DNA of 64,000 bases from an uncultured virus (IMG/VR IMGVR_UViG_3300028591_000111). Lineage: Duplodnaviria > Heunggongvirae > Uroviricota > Caudoviricetes. The stretch is from IMG/VR virus record IMGVR_UViG_3300028591_000111. One strand, 5' to 3'. The notes below the pieces were generated by a model. That model ran no database searches. It worked only from the letters and a program-made list of their open reading frames with translations, and was not told where the DNA came from. Below, piece by piece: positions 9,773-20,511 of the stretch; position 1 is the first letter of the stretch; each line of letters starts with the position of its first letter. A program made the position numbers and the translations under genes.

Positions 9773-10705
9773 ATGGAAATCCAATCTCTATCCGTCGTTG
9801 TCCCCACAAACGGCTGCATTAACAATTGCCCATTCTGTGTCAGCAGAATGCACGCAAATGATTATAAAAATCTCATCACAGCGCCAGCAAACAAATCTGA
9901 AAAATCTGAATCGTGGAAAGAACGCGAAACTGCCAAACGAAACTACACAAACAGACTGGCTTTCGCCCGTGACAACGGATGCAACACCGCAATGCTTACT
10001 GGCTGCGGCGAACCACAACAGAATATGAATTTCATACGGCTGTTTGCTGAAATGAATAAACAGCTCGATAAACCATTCAGAAATATAGAAATACAAACCA
10101 CTGGCGCAAAGATAACAGAAGACACTATCGACGAACTGGCTAACTGCATCGGTATCACAACTGTCAGCTTGTCAGTCTCATGCCTATGCAGCGAAAAAAG
10201 AAATGCGTTCGTTATAAACGGCGAACAGTTTCCGATTTCCTTATTCGCTTTATGCAAACAAATAAAAAAATATGGAATGAATCTAAGGCTATCACTAAAT
10301 GTCACAAAAGACCTATTTCACTTATTGACCGACAACGATAATTATAATAACAATTACGAATTAGTTTTCATGCAATGCAAAACATTCTTTGCAGACCAAA
10401 TTACTTTCAGAAGAATGTTTGCTTCTGACACTGAATCTCCACAAAACGACTGGATTAAATCACACAGGATTGACAACGAAGACGAATGGTTCGCTGGCTT
10501 AAACAATTATGTCAAAACAAACGGAAGATTTCTAAACAACTTAGAATACGGAAATTCAAGATATTCCGTTGAAGGCATGTCTGTTGTTATCGACGAGGAT
10601 TGCATGGCAAAGAATAAAGATAAAACTTCTCTTAAATATCTCATTCTGAGACAAAACTGCAAACTATATACACAATGGGATGATGAAGGAAGCCTGCTAT
10701 TCTGA
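9773..10705 (+). CDS. Radical SAM protein
   Basis: CINNCPFC (CxxxCxxC) and TGCGEP motifs. Confidence 0.88.
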   Translation: MEIQSLSVVVPTNGCINNCPFCVSRMHANDYKNLITAPANKSEKSESWKERETAKRNYTNRLAFARDNGCNTAMLTGCGEPQQNMNFIRLFAEMNKQLDKPFRNIEIQTTGAKITEDTIDELANCIGITTVSLSVSCLCSEKRNAFVINGEQFPISLFALCKQIKKYGMNLRLSLNVTKDLFHLLTDNDNYNNNYELVFMQCKTFFADQITFRRMFASDTESPQNDWIKSHRIDNEDEWFAGLNNYVKTNGRFLNNLEYGNSRYSVEGMSVVIDEDCMAKNKDKTSLKYLILRQNCKLYTQWDDEGSLLF

Positions 10706-10757
10706 TAATAAGATAATCAACAACAAACAACCAACCAACAATCAATAAGGAAAACTC

Positions 10758-11159
10758 ATGGCAAAAGAATTAACAGATTCTCTAATCCGAGACTTCGACA
10801 TCGATATGGCAAGATTGCAAACTTCTGGAATCAACCCAACACCACAAATCTTTTTTTATAAAATAAAGAAAACTATAAATTTTGCCAGAGAACCTAAATA
10901 TGATTATTGCAGCGCTGCTCATTATCAACCAAATGGAAAATACCATATAAAATTCGGATTCATTCCGACTAAAAAAATAGAAAATAATAATAGTGATAAT
11001 GATAAAATAATGATCGATGACCTCACTAAAGATAATGTCTTTGACGAAAACATATTAACTAATTATAAAAAACATGATTGTTTTTTATTGCTAACAGGTA
11101 GCAACAAAAAATTCCCATGCAAAGTTTGTTCGCTAAATCCACTCGACATCACTCTATAA
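10758..11159 (+). CDS. Hypothetical protein
   Basis: AAGGA RBS, 133 aa. Confidence 0.65.
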   Translation: MAKELTDSLIRDFDIDMARLQTSGINPTPQIFFYKIKKTINFAREPKYDYCSAAHYQPNGKYHIKFGFIPTKKIENNNSDNDKIMIDDLTKDNVFDENILTNYKKHDCFLLLTGSNKKFPCKVCSLNPLDITL

Positions 11160-11208
11160 TTTCATCTCAGTTATAAGCCAACCGCCTTTAGAAGATCGGT
11201 AGTTGACC

Positions 11209-11517
11209 ATGCCACAAGACATTATAAAACATCTCAAAACATATATGCGAGAAAACAGAATATCACAAAAACAACTCGCAGATTCGCTAGGTATATCAGA
11301 AGCAGCAGTGTCTCGCTATCTCGCATATCAACGCATACCAAGCAAAAACATACAAAACAAACTCAAAATATTTCTCGGCATCTCAATTATCTCAATTTCT
11401 GATAAAGACATCACATCAACCAAAAATCAAATCGAACGGCTAGTCAAAGAAAACATTAAGCATTATTCACCACAAGAACGACTGCATCTCATCCACATCA
11501 TTGCGTCATATAATTAA
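11209..11517 (+). CDS. XRE-family helix-turn-helix regulator
   Basis: ISQKQLADSLGISEAAVSRYL..RIPS. Confidence 0.85.
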   Translation: MPQDIIKHLKTYMRENRISQKQLADSLGISEAAVSRYLAYQRIPSKNIQNKLKIFLGISIISISDKDITSTKNQIERLVKENIKHYSPQERLHLIHIIASYN

Positions 11518-11534
11518 CAAACTCAAACACACAG

Positions 11535-11783
11535 ATGATTATGGATAACCAACAAATCACCGTATATATCTTTAACGGATTCAACGACTATAAAAAAATC
11601 GGCGGAACTTACGAATATATTTTTGAAGCAATGTCTTATGCAAAAGAATATGCAAAGCAATTCGGCACAACAAAAACATTCATCATCTGCACAGACAACA
11701 TCACAACGCACTTCGTTAAATCAAACGGCATTTATCTCGAACTAAGTGAACTGCCTGCAAACACACAAACAAAACCAAACTAA
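11535..11783 (+). CDS. Hypothetical protein; paralogous pattern to 55153..55407
   Basis: AMSYAKEYA...TDNITTH versus AIQYAEKYC...TDGLITH. Confidence 0.6.
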   Translation: MIMDNQQITVYIFNGFNDYKKIGGTYEYIFEAMSYAKEYAKQFGTTKTFIICTDNITTHFVKSNGIYLELSELPANTQTKPN

Positions 11784-11833
11784 ATGGTAATTTTTTTGTT
11801 GATAAACAAATAATATAATGATATTTAACAGCA

Positions 11834-11949
11834 TTAACGCGGGCGCTTTTCTCCTTTGCTACCGCGTTATCAGCTCGATTTCCTCTGTGAGCTGTTACCA
11901 TGCAAAAAGGCTGGCGGACTTAACATTTTCCACGCCAGCCTTTTTTTTT
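11834..11949 (+). ncRNA. Candidate three-hairpin sRNA with CU-rich loops
   Basis: Upstream TTGATA-N17-TATTTA; three consecutive stems, the last followed by a T-tract. Confidence 0.5.
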
Positions 11950-12094
11950 ATTTATACAAATTAACAAACCACTGGCTAAAGCTACGTGAGTTTGTGGATC
12001 GCTTTCTATCAAAGATTTTTCACAAAAAATCCCACATATATTCATTCCATATGTGGGATTCCTCTAATCTATAAAAGAAACAAAAGTGTTCTAA

Positions 12095-13639
12095 CTAAAC
12101 ATCTTCGTCATTCAATTCCAACAAAGATTGAAATACTGAATTGTTTATAACATAGGCTGTGACCTCTTGGTTGAAAAGTATAACAGAGTGGCTTTCATCA
12201 TCCCATACACCACATTTTATTTGATTACTATTAAAATCCTCTATATATGACGATTTAGGATATCCATCAAACTTGAACCCTAATATACATTTATTTGATT
12301 CAGACGTATCAAGACTATACACATTAGTGCCTATCATTGCTCCAAATCCCATATTGTCTGGGCGTTCTTTATAAGAAGAAGTATAAGGCATAAAACCATT
12401 GCTACCATCAAACAGATAACAAGGACAATTATCAATTGTATTAGTACTAACAAATCTATCAAATCCAAAAACTATTGGATGAATATTAATTGAATCAAAT
12501 TTTCCAAAAATACCAAGTTTCATTTCTCCTGATACAGTCTCTATACCAAGACTTTCTGAATCCAATCTGGCTAACACTCTGCCTGTATAAACATTCTCAT
12601 CAAAATAATCACTTATAACTTCAATTCCATAATTTTGTTCCAATTTTGAAAAACTAAACTCATTATTTGGATCTTCTGAATCTCTAATAAATCCATTTGA
12701 ATTTATTACATATGAATCTTTTGGCAATCTTATAAAAATTGGCTCTCCATCAAACTTTCCATCAAAATCATAATTTGCATTCTCTATGTATATATCTTTA
12801 ACACAATTACTATCAATTTTCATAAGTTCTCTTATTACTGATGCTTCATAAGAGATAAATATATGATCTTGAGATATGTCTCTAAATGATTCAATATGAA
12901 CTTTTTCTGGTAAATCTTTAGGCTTATTTGTTTGCATCAAATCTACATAAAAATATGCGCTGCCTTCTGTGTTAGGGACTAAGCTTTCATCTGTATTTAA
13001 TTCACCATCAACATAGAATTTTAGTGTGACAGGAATAAATATGTAAGATACATTTACTACATGAAAATCAGGATGTGAATCTTCTTCGCCATCTTTGGTC
13101 TGTTCTTTACCTTTTTTTAAATCAGTGTTATTTTTATAGTTAAAATAAGAAATCAGATTTTTAGATTTCTGTCTGTTTATAGTTAAACCTTTAGTTAAAC
13201 CTTTTCCATCATCGCTTCCAATTCCATCATCACTTCCTAATTCGTAATCAGATTTTTCTACAAGGACATATACATCTTTTGTAGTTAATTTTAAATTACA
13301 ATTTGCTATAATTTTTTCAAAAAATTCTTCTCCATATTCTGATATAATATAGTTTCTATAATCTTCGTTTTGCGAAAAATCTTCACTATTTACAAAAAAG
13401 TCGGTCTTATAAACTGTACCAACATCACCATCAAAACCTACTTCAATTGAAGTTTCACCATGAAAACGAAACAGAATTTGTTGAGGTGTTGTATCGGTTA
13501 GTGAGTAATATCCTAGAATAACGCTTCGCTTTAGACTATCAATACAATCTTTTAAATCCTTGTCTAACTCACTATATGTCGGAAACTCCATCTGCATTTT
13601 GCATGGTTTTGTATGATTGTAAACATCTTCTATTGACAT
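12095..13639 (-). CDS. Hypothetical large acidic protein, paralog of 13776..15467 (possibly virion structural)
   Basis: Shared PCxMxxEFPTYxELD N-terminus and LGFKxDGYP C-terminus; GGAG RBS before MSIED. Confidence 0.75.
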   Translation of the reverse strand: MSIEDVYNHTKPCKMQMEFPTYSELDKDLKDCIDSLKRSVILGYYSLTDTTPQQILFRFHGETSIEVGFDGDVGTVYKTDFFVNSEDFSQNEDYRNYIISEYGEEFFEKIIANCNLKLTTKDVYVLVEKSDYELGSDDGIGSDDGKGLTKGLTINRQKSKNLISYFNYKNNTDLKKGKEQTKDGEEDSHPDFHVVNVSYIFIPVTLKFYVDGELNTDESLVPNTEGSAYFYVDLMQTNKPKDLPEKVHIESFRDISQDHIFISYEASVIRELMKIDSNCVKDIYIENANYDFDGKFDGEPIFIRLPKDSYVINSNGFIRDSEDPNNEFSFSKLEQNYGIEVISDYFDENVYTGRVLARLDSESLGIETVSGEMKLGIFGKFDSINIHPIVFGFDRFVSTNTIDNCPCYLFDGSNGFMPYTSSYKERPDNMGFGAMIGTNVYSLDTSESNKCILGFKFDGYPKSSYIEDFNSNQIKCGVWDDESHSVILFNQEVTAYVINNSVFQSLLELNDEDV

Positions 13640-13775
13640 AATAATATCTCCTTTTTTAGATGACAAACACATATAAACAACAATATCTATTGTAGATAGC
13701 TTTTTGCGTATAAAAAAAAAGTGGTAGAAGCAAAAACATCTACCACTAGATTATTATCTTTTACAGATTATCATC

Positions 13776-15467
13776 TTATTTTTGGGGTTCGGGATCTTTA
13801 TCTGGGGGCTGTAATATATATGCTGTCACTACCTGCGGTGTTGGAATAGGTGTTGGAATAATCGCTTCTTCATTTGGATTCCAATAGCCACAAATCAAAT
13901 CATCTGGTGAAACATCTGGATTTCTGCAATATTGTGAGTTTGGATAACCATCCAACTTAAACCCTAACACCAACCTTCCTGATTTTCCATATGTCACACC
14001 ATTGATTACTGCCTCAAAGCCTGACATCTCCGAAGATCCCCAATTCGTAAAGCCATTATTACCAATGCTTACATAAGGAAATATTCCCATACGATTATTA
14101 TACACATCCGTTGGCATAAAATACATATTAGACATATCTTTTTGGCCATTGCACCACATCGGACTGATATACAACTGATCTAAATACTGTATCGCTTTCG
14201 TTCCACCTTTTTTACCATCTTCATTCTCATCGCCACTATTCCCTGCATCGCTATTATCACCTGCATCACCATTATCAACATCAACTTCAATCCCTGACTT
14301 GCCTAAATGGATGCCCTTTTCCCACGATGTCTTTACTATCATTTCACCTGTGACTTCTTCTATCCCTAATTTCTCTTTGTTTACTACTGCATACACCTCG
14401 CCTGTATATGTCTCATCCTTCTTATCAAAATAATAAGGACTTATTTCTATATCATATTCTTCATATAATCTGCCGAAATCAAATGGCAAGCTCGGATCGT
14501 CTGCATCGTGAATCATGCATTGATTATCTATCACATATAACGATTTTGGCAACTTCACATAATAATAATTATCCTCATTAGAACCATCAACATTTATATC
14601 TTCATAATTCGCTATATAGATTTCTTCTATCGCTGTCGAATCTATCGACCTTAATAACTCTATCAATTCAGCATCATAAAAAACTATACAGTGATGCTTG
14701 CTTAATTCCCTAAATGTATCTAAATGACATTTGTCTGGCAAATAACTCGCATCTTTAGATGGCATCACATCTATAAACTTAGGTCTTAATCCACCTTTAT
14801 CATCTATCGGCAACACTGGCATTATAGTTTCATCTGTATTTAAAACACCATTCACCTTAAACTTTACTTTAATTGGAATAAGATCATAACCCTCATCTAC
14901 AGGAAAAATCTTACCACGCAAATTATCATTGCTACCTTTTCTTAATAGCCCATCATCATTGTTATCTTTATCATTATTCTCTTTGTCTTTTTTGAATAAA
15001 TCAAATGTTTTAAATCCACTTGTTTTATTGACATTAACACCTTGCGTTGCGACACTCTTTTCACCTTCATTTACTTCGCTCCAATGAACAAGCAGGTATG
15101 TATTTATTGTCGTAAATTTAACGCCAAAACATGTCGAATATTTCTGTGCAAATTCTTGCCCCATTTCTGATACCACATGATCATAATATTCTTGTGGCAG
15201 CTCAAAACTATATAAATTTATAAGACCATCATAATATTTTATATGAGATGAATCACCAAGATATTTCATATAAGATATACTGTCTGATAAAAATTTATAA
15301 TACATCTCAGAGATTTCCTCGCCACCTACTTCTTCAGAATCAAGCACAAATGACGTTTTGCTCACTGAATCTACCAAATGCTTATAGTCTGCATCTAATT
15401 CTTCATATGTAGGAAACTCTATACTCATTGTACACGGCAATTTTTGATCATAACGCATAACTTTCAT
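13776..15467 (-). CDS. Hypothetical large acidic protein, paralog of 12095..13639
   Basis: ORF 563 aa, AGGAG RBS, colinear motifs with its neighbour. Confidence 0.75.
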   Translation of the reverse strand: MKVMRYDQKLPCTMSIEFPTYEELDADYKHLVDSVSKTSFVLDSEEVGGEEISEMYYKFLSDSISYMKYLGDSSHIKYYDGLINLYSFELPQEYYDHVVSEMGQEFAQKYSTCFGVKFTTINTYLLVHWSEVNEGEKSVATQGVNVNKTSGFKTFDLFKKDKENNDKDNNDDGLLRKGSNDNLRGKIFPVDEGYDLIPIKVKFKVNGVLNTDETIMPVLPIDDKGGLRPKFIDVMPSKDASYLPDKCHLDTFRELSKHHCIVFYDAELIELLRSIDSTAIEEIYIANYEDINVDGSNEDNYYYVKLPKSLYVIDNQCMIHDADDPSLPFDFGRLYEEYDIEISPYYFDKKDETYTGEVYAVVNKEKLGIEEVTGEMIVKTSWEKGIHLGKSGIEVDVDNGDAGDNSDAGNSGDENEDGKKGGTKAIQYLDQLYISPMWCNGQKDMSNMYFMPTDVYNNRMGIFPYVSIGNNGFTNWGSSEMSGFEAVINGVTYGKSGRLVLGFKLDGYPNSQYCRNPDVSPDDLICGYWNPNEEAIIPTPIPTPQVVTAYILQPPDKDPEPQK

Positions 15468-15649
15468 TCTCCTATATTATCCAATGCCTATAAAACTCTT
15501 ATAAACACTCGTTGTTATTCCTTAATACCTATTGCAATCACTTGCAATCAAACAAAACAAAAACACAATGCTGTTTTATTATAGATAATTTTTATCTCTA
15601 TTTTATTAAAAAATTCATCACTATTTTATTCAATAGCAATAACAATAAA

Positions 15650-17015
15650 AAAAAACAAAACAGTTCTGGCTATCTGCATTCACTCACAATCAACAAAGCT
15701 CTTAATGGAGACGACGGCGACACTGCCATTCGAGTGCATGGTCTTAGGTGACTGCCATCAAACACAAATTCACATCAATCACTCCATCTCAATATAAGCT
15801 CATACATAACAGCCTTTCACTGCATAGGTATCTCGGCGACGAAAGAATCACATGCCGCATCACATCTAATACCATTAAACTAATGCTACCCATCTGCAAT
15901 CCTTTAAGCCTATCTGCTTTCAACTACCTGCTGAATCACAGAACCAAACCAGAACCTATTGTTTCTGCTTTCTCGCTATCAATTCACAGGTCAAGAAATT
16001 AATCACAATATGAAATGTTATCAATGATAAACAATGATAATTTCAAAAACAGCTCATTCACAATCAATCTACTTTTTTTTTACCTTGAACTGCGTAAACT
16101 AATAACACGACACACATCATACACTTTTCACCCATAACCATGATTAGGGTAAACTAATAACGTGCGCCTTAAAAAGCACTTAAAACTCAGATAAAATCTA
16201 AGTCCAAATTAAACGATACATACCAAAAATCAAAAAAGATTATTCAGCAGCACCTATCAATAAAGAACAGCAAAAAGATAATTTCGATCATCCAGTCACG
16301 CTTGCCAGCTTTCCAGAACTCAAAACATAATGCCTCATAACTACACAATATATTCATAGCTTACCTTCTCTCTACGTCAATATTAAACAACATCATGCAG
16401 CAAGACATTCAGCAAATAGTCTTCTAGGCGGAAAGACATTGAGTTATCCATCAGTGAAATTATTAGTGACAAAACACTAATCATCACTGCTTCGTACACC
16501 CAAATCTAACGGCTTCGTTCACTTCTAAATATACCACGCAGAAACGACAGCATCATACCATCATTCCTTCAAGCCAGTTCTTCATATAACAAACCTTAAC
16601 AATCAATCATAAATAAACACCAGAAAGCACAAGCGTAACACATACCAGACCTTGCACAAATTCTGACATCCATATAACAACCAATCTTTACAACAAACCA
16701 ATATCATTGTCCGTCGGGGCTTGCTCTCATTTATCCGCTTTATAGTGAACTTAATCACGACCCTATTTTAGAAAGCACATTCCCAAATCGTATAACAGCT
16801 ATAACTCACTGCAATGCCAGAATTTTAAGTGGTAGGTGGCTCACTCTTAGGGGTACAACCACTTTGCCGATGACACTCTAGCTTCTGACAACAATTCAAT
16901 CAATTTATTGCCATAATAGTTTGTTATATTCAGAATGACATAACTAAACTCTCTATTATTAACTTTTCAACATGTCAGACAATCCCAGCTTGCACCGAAA
17001 CCTTCCGACAATATC
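15650..17015 (-). ncRNA. Candidate giant structured ncRNA, copy A (about 1.37 kb)
   Basis: No credible ORF; colinear conserved blocks shared with 26590-28435; TTTCTATCTA motif at 17020-17029 (-); U-tract at 3' end. Confidence 0.65.
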
Positions 17016-17086
17016 TATATAGATAGAAACTCTATTTTTTGCAATTATAATCAAAATCATTCTTTTGCTTAAAAGGAGGTGCTATC

Positions 17087-18208
17087 ATGCAAAGCAATAA
17101 TAATAAAGAAATAAAAGTTATTAAAGTCGTTGAATCAAATATCAATAATAATAACATATCACAGGAAACTACTTGCTACTCTTGCAACAATAATAACAAT
17201 TGTTCCAAATGTGACAACAACGACTGCACTAACAATAATAATGTTAATTGCACATCAACAGATAATAACAACAACCAAAACACCACTTCAAAAAATCCAT
17301 TCAAACGCATCCTAAACAATTTAATCAATATGTTCGGCGTCAGTGCAATCAAAACAAACAAAACTGCTAACACAAACAATAACACTAATAACAATACAAA
17401 TACAACAAATAGCTCATGCAATAACAATAATTGCACTGAAAATAAAAATGCTAATAACTCCAACACAAATAAAAAACAAACAACGCAGGAATCTACCGAA
17501 AAACCTGTCGAAAAGCAAAAGTTCATAATTGATTTCAAAGAAATAAAAAATGCTAAATATAAAAATGGTGGCAAATTCAAAGCTACACCTAAATGGATCG
17601 TCGTTCACTATACTGCCGTCATTGGCGCTGGTGCTAAATCATGCGCAACTTCTTATGCTAAAACTACACGCGCCGTCTCTACTCACTTCTTCTGCGATAG
17701 CACTGACATCTATCGCTGCGTCGATGAAAAGCACATTGCATGGCACGTTGGAAACGGAACTGTTCAACAGCCATACAAAGACAAAAAACTCTCACTGCAA
17801 GAACTCGTCGAATATGGCGATAAGCCTAATTGGAGATTCAAACTCGCAGCAGAAAATCATTTGAAATGGATTGACAACGGCGAAGACTTCAAAGGAAACA
17901 GCACTGCTTTCGGCGTCGATCTTTGCACCCTAAAGAAAAATAAAAACAGCAATTCTGCCACCGATGAAGACTGGTATTTCAACGATGGCGCAATTAAAAA
18001 CGCACAAAAATGTGTCGCTTATCTCTGCCATAAATACAATATCGGAATCGACCATGTTATCAGACATGCAGACTCAACAGGGAAGCCATGCCCGCGACCT
18101 CTTGCTTCTCTAAGTGGTGATAAAGATAAAACAAAAAACGATAATCTATGGTTCGACTTCAAACGTAATGTACAATATATTCTCGATAATTATGACTTCG
18201 ATAAATAA
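17087..18208 (+). CDS. N-acetylmuramoyl-L-alanine amidase (Amidase_2) endolysin with Asn/Cys-rich N-terminus
   Basis: IVVHYT, STHF, AWHVG, VIRHAD..GKPCP zinc-amidase motifs; AGGAGG RBS. Confidence 0.88.
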   Translation: MQSNNNKEIKVIKVVESNINNNNISQETTCYSCNNNNNCSKCDNNDCTNNNNVNCTSTDNNNNQNTTSKNPFKRILNNLINMFGVSAIKTNKTANTNNNTNNNTNTTNSSCNNNNCTENKNANNSNTNKKQTTQESTEKPVEKQKFIIDFKEIKNAKYKNGGKFKATPKWIVVHYTAVIGAGAKSCATSYAKTTRAVSTHFFCDSTDIYRCVDEKHIAWHVGNGTVQQPYKDKKLSLQELVEYGDKPNWRFKLAAENHLKWIDNGEDFKGNSTAFGVDLCTLKKNKNSNSATDEDWYFNDGAIKNAQKCVAYLCHKYNIGIDHVIRHADSTGKPCPRPLASLSGDKDKTKNDNLWFDFKRNVQYILDNYDFDK

Positions 18209-18312
18209 AATCGAAATCAATTTATCACATAACATAAATAAAGCATCTTACATAACAACAGCAACAAACATCTTATATATTATAACCATCTAACAACATA
18301 AAGGAATCACAC

Positions 18313-19767
18313 ATGGCTGCTAAACAAATTAAATTAAAATTCACACTCACTCATTTAAACAACTATGCTGGCGGCGCGGAAAAATTCTTAAATGATTTAA
18401 AGACCGCTTACGCATCCATAATGCGCATTGCAGATAAACAAACAGGAAGCGATGTCTTTAGTTTTGGATTGGCTTTCTTTCCACAAGATGACCCAAACCA
18501 CTTCTATTCTGGTGAAACCGATGACTGTCAAAAGTTAAATCAGATAAATTCATTAACTATTTATCGCGTCGAAAGCAATCTAATTCCTGACACACCAGTC
18601 GCTCCTAAATCAATAAAACAAACAAAAAATGATAAAGACACAGAAAACATCATTATCAATGATAATAAGGAAATCGCCATACTAAAACTCGAATTCCTTA
18701 ATCTAGACAACACAGTCTATAACATGCCTGATAATGCCACTATCAACGGCAATGAACTCGAAATCTCTTTCCTTGAAGCAGCATCTCACACTATAACTTT
18801 CACAAATACAACACATGGTGAATTTGATATTGATCTGCCACTGCCTATTAATGTTCCCGATGGCGAAAATATCCTTCTGCCATCCGTCTCTGGCCAGTTT
18901 GAAGATGAAGATTATATTTACACTCCATCACAATGGGATATAGGTGAATTCGGTGAATCAATTTATCCAATTCAAGATATGACCGCCGACCTCATGTGGA
19001 ATAGAGAAGAAATTCCAGAAACTTTGCCTACCGTTAGTTTACATGGTGATTTCGGATCTGACAATTGGTTATATACGGACTCGTCACAAAGCTCCTCAGT
19101 TAGTGTTGTGTCAAATTCTCAAATAGGATTATTACTGGATCGTTCTTACCAGACTTATGATGATTCTAAATCTTATGCCGTACAACAATGGTATGTAAAT
19201 TCTTCTACTGTAGGAACGACAGGCGACTTTATCATTACAAAACAGGGACTAACGCAAATCGCAGCAAAGAATGTTAGCAGTTCCACAAAGTACATTCTGA
19301 AAGCAAGAGTAGCAATCTGTTCATCGAATCAGGCAGAGATCGTCATTGTTTACAACATGTCAAATGAATCCTTTAATGCATTTAAATACACATTAGGTGG
19401 AACTGATTATTATTACGTTTTGGATGGCGCTCAGACCGATTGGACGGATGATTTAAGTAGTATTGGATATAGTCTTGATCCTCCTGCACCTTTGGGATTG
19501 ACGGCGTATTTTACAACTCAAGGTTCTGCTGGTACATCTGATACATATGTTCGTACAATTGATTACCCATATTTATATGATGCAAATGGGCTTCTGATTT
19601 CTTATGATTCAAGTAAAACATACACTGTAGTTGAGGTGAGACAGTATGATGGAACTGTTTTAAGTTTAAGTTCTTATGTAACAGGTTATTCTGATGGCTT
19701 CGCATTATATTTTCATCAGGACTCAGGGAATTATAATATGTATTTAGTGATATATACAGAATCATAA
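18313..19767 (+). CDS. Putative virion surface/tail-associated protein
   Basis: 484 aa, S/T/Y-rich beta-type C-terminus; function inferred only. Confidence 0.55.
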   Translation: MAAKQIKLKFTLTHLNNYAGGAEKFLNDLKTAYASIMRIADKQTGSDVFSFGLAFFPQDDPNHFYSGETDDCQKLNQINSLTIYRVESNLIPDTPVAPKSIKQTKNDKDTENIIINDNKEIAILKLEFLNLDNTVYNMPDNATINGNELEISFLEAASHTITFTNTTHGEFDIDLPLPINVPDGENILLPSVSGQFEDEDYIYTPSQWDIGEFGESIYPIQDMTADLMWNREEIPETLPTVSLHGDFGSDNWLYTDSSQSSSVSVVSNSQIGLLLDRSYQTYDDSKSYAVQQWYVNSSTVGTTGDFIITKQGLTQIAAKNVSSSTKYILKARVAICSSNQAEIVIVYNMSNESFNAFKYTLGGTDYYYVLDGAQTDWTDDLSSIGYSLDPPAPLGLTAYFTTQGSAGTSDTYVRTIDYPYLYDANGLLISYDSSKTYTVVEVRQYDGTVLSLSSYVTGYSDGFALYFHQDSGNYNMYLVIYTES

Positions 19768-19777
19768 AGGAGATTAA

Positions 19778-20083
19778 ATGATATTTGAATGGATATAAAA
19801 TTTAACATCTTCTTCTCCAGCAAATCTCATGGATAGTGTAGGAAATCCTATACCATATGAAAATGGTGTAACATATAAAGTTGTAGCCGCATTCAACAGA
19901 ACTTTCCAAGTCAATTTTGATTATTATAGTAAATTTACTGGAAATTCATCAGTAGAAATGCTCTGGTATTTAGATCTTATATCTATTGTCAATAATAACG
20001 GTGTCGCACAAGCTACAATAAGTAGTGAGTCTGTCGAAGCAACATATCTTTTGATCAAAAAAACACCTACGGCAACCAATTAA
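19778..20083 (+). pseudogene. Small gene with in-frame TAA at codon 7; resembles the C-terminal domain of the upstream protein
   Basis: AAGGAG RBS + ATG at 19778 in frame with ORF 19829..20083; TAA at 19796-19798. Confidence 0.5.
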
Positions 20084-20099
20084 ATAAAGGAGTTCCGTT

Positions 20100-20492
20100 A
20101 TGAAAGAAACAAAAACAACAAAAGAAATCAGAACATCACAGAGGCGTTATAGCCCTATTAAACACGTCAGGGAATCCGTCGAAGGAAGCACCACCGAAAA
20201 CCTCATCACTGACATTCACGAAAGCGCCAACGCCATCAACGACAGACTGTGTACTGTCATGCGAATTGATGATGAAGATTTAGTTATCACACTAACACGC
20301 TTCGGACTATGGATTGAATGGAAAAAAAATCCTGAATATGGCGTGTCTGTCGAAGCATGGGGACGCTCTATTGCTGTTAGCGGATGGATGGGCAATAACA
20401 TAATCAGCAAGGATTATTGTGATGCAGACGCAAGCAGAAAAGAACTTGCAAGCGTTATTGACAGAGTTGTTATGCGTGATGGAAAAGTATAA
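20100..20492 (+). CDS. Hypothetical protein with basic leader ending VRES
   Basis: AAGGAG RBS, 130 aa. Confidence 0.7.
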   Translation: MKETKTTKEIRTSQRRYSPIKHVRESVEGSTTENLITDIHESANAINDRLCTVMRIDDEDLVITLTRFGLWIEWKKNPEYGVSVEAWGRSIAVSGWMGNNIISKDYCDADASRKELASVIDRVVMRDGKV

Positions 20493-20511
20493 ACAAATAT
20501 AAAAAAATAAT

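Noticed and set aside
11963..12010. Possible decayed IS605 end (accactggctaaagctacgtgagtttg)
   Set aside because: Too short and degenerate, with no partner end identified
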